Below, in pieces: positions 51,356-64,000 of a DNA stretch of 64,000 nt; positions within the stretch are counted from its first letter, which is position 1, and the number at the start of each line of letters is the position of its first letter. The stretch comes from the human T2T-CHM13v2.0 reference genome, Homo sapiens. The position numbers were made by a program, and so were the translations under genes. The stretch is from the NCBI RefSeq assembly GCF_009914755.1, contig NC_060936.1; one strand, written 5' to 3'. The notes below the pieces were generated by a model. That model made no database searches, was not told where the DNA came from, and saw only the letters and a list, made by a program, of their open reading frames with translations.

Positions 51356-51943
51356 CTAGAAACACACCAAGGTCATCTGTGAAGGTGAGGGTTCCATGCC
51401 CCATGTCTCAAGGAAGGAAAGTTTCTAAGGCAATATGTAAGGAAAGGGTGTTTCAGGCCATAAACCTAAGAGCTGTGGCATTGGTTCTGAAGGCACGTGT
51501 GGTCAGTCAAAGCCAGTCTGCCAATAGATTCATATGTGAATGTCCTCACTCAGAGGACAAGGAAAACTTCTCTCCAGGCACTGGGTTCTCAACTAATATG
51601 AAACCAAGACACATAAACTTATTTATTTTAGGTCAGGAATAAAAGCAGCAAATTCCCCAAAAACGGGCCAGTAGAAGTTTAAGATAAGTGGGAGTTCATC
51701 CCTCTTACCCTTTTCTCTTACGTGAGCCTGTTTATCTCCATTCAAGGTAACATGATAGTCCTCTTTTAAGGGCTGAATCAGGAACAAAAATTGTTTCCAG
51801 GATACACTTGTTAAATTTAGGAATTTAATCCCTCAAGAACCTAAACAAGGCCCCAAAATGAATTTTAGCATTCTCTAACTTATGATATATACACATCAGG
51901 GAAAATTATGCCACTGCTCAAAGAATAAAGTAGACCTGCGTTA

Positions 51944-53308
<1,365 letters not shown>

Positions 53309-53454
53309 CAATGAGGCTGTTTCTAAATGGGTTAGCTCTTGATCTTTATAACGAGGAAACCAGGGAGACACCTGTAAGGTAAGAAAGTCTTTGCATGAAT
53401 GAGACCACATGGGCAAGAACAACATTCAGTTCTACCACAGGCATCTGAGTGTCA

Positions 53455-53598
<144 letters not shown>

Positions 53599-53697
53599 CT
53601 AGGGAAAAAAGAAACTGCTTAGACAATTATAAAGAACTGTGAGAGGAAAAAGAAGCCTTTTCCTCTGTCTTTATGCCTAAACTGATGTTTCTAGCTT

Positions 53698-53865
53698 TAA
53701 AAAAAAAAAAAAGGCAAAGGAAAGAAGGGAAAAGAAAACAGAAGGAAGGAAGGAAGAAGAGGGAAAGGGAAGGAAAGGGAAGGGAAGGGGAAGGGAAAGG
53801 GAAGGAAAGGGAAGGGAAAGGGAAGAAAAGGGAAGGGAAGGGGAAGGGAAGGGAAAGGGAAGGGG
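53698..53865. repeat. Polypurine tract including (GGGAA)n
   Basis: About 165 nt that is almost purely A/G. Confidence 0.95.
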
Positions 53866-54059
53866 CTGTCACTTAGCCCAGAATTGCATAAATCTCAATC
53901 ATTCACCTACTTTGGTCACAATTTTTGCCAGCTCCGTATATTACCTGCTCAATTCTTTACCTAACATATTTCTTTAAACTACCTTTCTTTAAATGTAAAT
54001 ATTTTTCTCTTCCTCTTCTCTTCCTGAAGCCATTCACTGGTGTGGAACAAGGTAAGCAT

Positions 54060-56390
<2,331 letters not shown>

Positions 56391-56888
56391 TTGTAATCCC
56401 AGCACTTTGGGAGGCCAAGGCACGTGGACTACTGCAGGTCAGGAGTTCAAGACTAGCCTAGCCAACATGGTGAAACCCCGTCTCTACTAAAAATACAAAA
56501 ATTAGCTGGGCATGGTGGAGTGCACCTGTAATCAATCCCACCTACTCAGAAGCCTGAGGCAGGAGAATTGTTTGAAGGCAGAGGTTGCAGTGAGCAGAGA
56601 TTGTGCCACTGCACTCTAGACTAGGTGACAAAGCAAGACTCTGTCTCCAAAAAAAAAAAAAAAAATGGTTACTGTTTCAATTTTTTTATTTAATTTTAAA
56701 TAAAAAATTGTTTAGGTTATTGTTAGAACAAGTTACAGGGGATTTGTTTATTTGTTTGTTTGTTTGTTTTGTTTTGTTTTGTTTTAGAGACAGGGTCTCA
56801 CCATGTTACCTAGGCTGGCCTCAAACTCCTGGGCCCAAACCATCCTCCCGCCTTGGCCTCCCAAAGTGCTGGGATTACAGGCGTGAGC
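56391..56888. mobile_element. 5'-truncated AluS + (56391-56664) and FLAM - (56745-56888)
   Basis: Alu consensus matches. Confidence 0.9.
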
Positions 56889-57228
56889 AAAGTCACAGGT
56901 TTTGATATGCTAGTTAATATTAAACTATTAAATGTTTTTACATAGGTTGTCCATATACTACCTAAAATCATGAGATTTAACACTACCAGGGATAAATCTA
57001 ACACATTTGGGAAACACCAACATAACCCCAATAATTTACTGCACCTGATATGCTGATCCTTCTTTTGTCTGGCACATAAAAGGTGTCCAAGGAAGGCTGA
57101 ACTGAACAGTCTACACCTTTGCTTGCTCACCAATGACTCTGTCTGACCCCGTCTGACCCCTGAAGCTTCCATTAAAATAAGCAGTCTCAAAACAAAAAAA
57201 ATTAAAAATAAATAAAATAAGCAGTCTC

Positions 57229-58925
<1,697 letters not shown>

Positions 58926-59589
58926 TCATGCCCTTAAATTCCAAATGGCTCAGTTAAGGACCCTACTTTTCTTTTCTATGCATCCTCTTAAGGAATGAAT
59001 AGGCGGCTTTAGTTAGCGCCTGTATGTGTATAATTTTATAAGCCCCCAGCCCACACTTCCACACGGTCATTTCAGGCCATTCACCTGGAGGAAGGTATAC
59101 CTATTTGAATATCTCTATTGTTTGCCTGCCGTGTGGCCTGTTGGATTATTTTCTTTTTACACGCACTATTTCCCATCAAAAACATAAGCATCACAAGGTC
59201 AGGGCTACACGTAATGCCTCTTCTCCAGGACCTAGAAACACACCAGATACAACAGATGCTCAGGTAGTATGAACTGATGAGACACAGTTCTTTCTCAGGA
59301 GCTGGGAGGCTGAGTGAGCATCTTCCACTCCTCTCTTCCAAATTATCTGCCATGTCCTGTCACTTTTCCTTTCTATTATGTGCTCACATTTTATTGCTAA
59401 ACAAAGAAGCCACATCACTCTCAGATTCTGACAAGCAGCTTCCTGCCCTCCGCTGCTTCTCTGATTGGAGGCCACACAAAGTCATTGAAGTCCACAGGGC
59501 CAGACTCTGATCCCAACCTCCTCCTTCCAGAGGCCTAAATAATCCCCAACAGCCTCACAAAGTAAACTGCAATTCAAAAACTGGTTCTT

Positions 59590-59781
59590 GGGGGAATGGG
59601 GAGGTATTGTATAATGGATAGAGAGTTTCTGTTTGGGATGATAGAAAAATTCTAGAAATGGAGAGCGGTCATGGTTGTACAACATCATGAATGCACTGAA
59701 TACCACTCAGTTGCACATTTAAAAATGGTTAAAATGGTACACTTTATGTTATATATATTTTACCACAATTTTTTAAAAAAA
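59590..59781 (+). mobile_element. L1MB-type 3' end
   Basis: agagtttctgtttgggatgatagaaaaattctagaaatgga...aaaatggttaaaatggta...ttttaccacaat. Confidence 0.85.
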
Positions 59782-60834
59782 GGTTCTTGAGTTTCCCACC
59801 CATTTCCCCCTCCCCACCCAAATGTCCTCATTTCGCCATTTCCCAGTCTGTTCTGAACCACTGAACACACACACACACCCACACACACACACTTGCATAG
59901 CATTCTAGTACTCCAGAATGTCACACTTCTACCCAACATGTTCTCATCACTTCTCTCTGCCGAGAACCTACATTTCCCCCCATCGGTGAGAACTGTCCCT
60001 AACTGTCCCTTGCTCACCCACAACATCTCCCCTCACATCATCGTTAATTAATTTGCTAATTGCTCTCCCACTTCTGTGATACTTTAGCTGGTAAGCACCT
60101 GCTTTATACATTTGCATTTTTCCTCCACTTTCCAAGGTTGTTTTTAAACACTGAAAATAGCAACCATGGGACTTCTATTCCTTTTGCAAGCTTCCTGCAG
60201 AGCTGGGTACATTATCAGACATATCATGTGCACTAAAATGTCTGTAAGTAATAAATTACTCTCTGAATTCCAAGGCTGACGGCCATCTCTCTAAAACACA
60301 GCAAATGAATCAATATGTCTAGAGACAGTAGCCTTGTTTAAAAGAAAGAAAAATACCACAACAAAAAAGATAACGTTCTACCTGCTCTCAAACAAGCAAC
60401 TCCCTAGCCACATAACAAAGAATGTTATTTGATTTCTTCAAAGGCCTGTTTTAAAACCAAATCCATATGCCCACAACACAAATACCTAAAGCGTGTACAA
60501 AAGCAATCTGATTCACCCCACCATATGTATATCCTGAGTCCTCAGCTAATGGTCATAAAAGATCATCTTAAATTCATTAGCTAAAAGGCCACCTTGGTTC
60601 TGAAATAAATTACAACGATAGAAACATGATACATCAAGAGGAATTTGTGAGCCTTCAAAATTAGCCAACATCAGTTCAAGAAGATGAGCTAAGAACATGA
60701 GAGACCTTTTTGCCCCAACTATAATTAAATATAGAGTCACAGAGGAAAACGTGCTTGATCCTAGACGCCAGTGCAGCAGATTATCGTCTTTGCAATGAAC
60801 ACTCCGGTACAGAAAGTGGAAAAGCATGATGTTA

Positions 60835-61125
<291 letters not shown>

Positions 61126-61558
61126 TCACTGTCAAAGACATTCACTTTCTCATCCATCATGAATAATTATAAAATCAGTACAAAAGTGTTTTTATATGTT
61201 AAGTTAAAATTAAGGGCTCTAGAAATTCCAAAGTACAGTTTCCATGGCAGCTACAATTTGAATCCCATAGACTCAGAAAATAGGGAGAGAGGATACAAAT
61301 TATGTTTTCCTTCTTCCTCTCTGAAGGCTGCAGGGCAGTGTTTGGTCAAGCATGCTTATTAGCATTTAGACTGGTTTACAGTGTGACATAGTCAACATGA
61401 GTCTAATTTAGACCAACTTGGGACCTGGTTTCCAGATCATTCCATTCTAACTACATGCGCTTAGTTTTATCCCACTAGCCCAAGGTTCATCTTCCTTGGA
61501 TTGTATCCATAAAGCCTTCGTAGATCTAATATGTGGCAGTGCTTAAAGGGGCAGAGGG

Positions 61559-62306
<748 letters not shown>

Positions 62307-62817
62307 TCAGTCAGAGATCCTCAACGTATGAAGTATGGATTAAATGGACAGTAGATTTGGAATCTAACATGTTTATTAACACTCTAGATACACTGATCTG
62401 AGACATCGCTAAATGTACGATGACTCTAATGACCTGCAGGAATGAAGGGGAGCAGCAGTGGCTGACCCAAAAATTTAATCCTGCACGTTACAAGGGAACA
62501 GCATCATACACAGGCATTACACACCAAGGGCAATGCAATGCTTATAATCAAAATTATCCTGGAAAATCCGGCAGAAAGATGCCACACTGAAGACCAAGAG
62601 ACTGTCTTAAAATCCCAAACACACACTGGAATCTTCTGGGAACTGGAAGGGATGGCCATTTCAATGGCTGGGCAGCAGATAAGGTTAGGAGCTACATTCC
62701 AGAGTCATACTCAGCCCTGCAAGTGGCTCACACAATGAGACAGACTCGGTCCATCAAAGGGAAAGCCATTTCATACCACAGTCAGTGAGTGGCATTTTAA
62801 TGAATTGGCCAATGTCA

Positions 62818-63493
<676 letters not shown>

Positions 63494-64000
63494 TGAAATC
63501 TCCTGTGTCAGAGGCTTATAATGAGTGCCGCGGTATTGAGAGTCTTCTCAGCCACAGACCCCACCCCTCACTTCAGCAATCATCCTGAATACACCTTCCC
63601 TTGGTCCCTTGGGGAACCAGGCAAGAGTGGTGGGTGGATCCACATGAAGTCGTGACCACTGTAAAAAACAAATCTAGGGCACCTACATGGGGAATGCCAT
63701 GAAGAAGCAAAATTAAAAGCTGCACGGTATTTTCCTTTTACCCTGACAATGCTGTAACAAGCCTGTCTTCCTTCCCTCTTTCCAAGTTTCTTCCAGATCA
63801 AGTATTTGAGTTTTGAATTATAATTCCCCAAAAACTTGCTGGATTGAACTTGATTTTGTTATTGCTCATACACAAAGCCAATCTCTCCTAATTCTCTAGT
63901 ATGCCTTGGATTGTTTACAAAGTTGCTTAAAGCAGTGTCCAACTTAATAACTCTGGGCCTGTCAGTGGCGACCACCAGCTTTCTCAACTGCACAAGGAGA

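Overview
Primate (almost certainly human) genomic DNA inside the CIT gene (citron Rho-interacting Ser/Thr kinase), transcribed on the minus strand. Seven GT-AG coding exons (60847-61022, 53497-53598, 37417-37559, 36103-36196, 28517-28720, 26180-26333, 6575-6758; 1057 nt in total) splice in frame. They encode the whole AGC/DMPK-family kinase domain and its C-terminal tail, and correspond to exons 4-10 (c.239-1295) in the numbering I recall. The rest is intron: about 54 Alu/FLAM copies plus MIR, L2, old L1, MER21, MLT1 and DNA-transposon fossils, with several nested insertions whose target-site duplications (TSDs) are still readable. The most interesting region is intron 9, which looks able to split the gene in two. 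At its 5' end it has an in-frame stop followed by UGUA/AAUAAA. At its 3' end it has an Alu-free CpG-rich putative internal promoter and first exon (consistent with the known kinase-less neuronal CIT-N isoform) carrying overlapping ~20-codon uORFs, plus a 62-nt cassette exon that creates an immediate TGA if joined to exon 9 but is harmless in a CIT-N leader. Almost all ORF-track entries are Alu-derived or random. Repeat subfamily names come from recalled consensus sequences and repeat boundaries are approximate.
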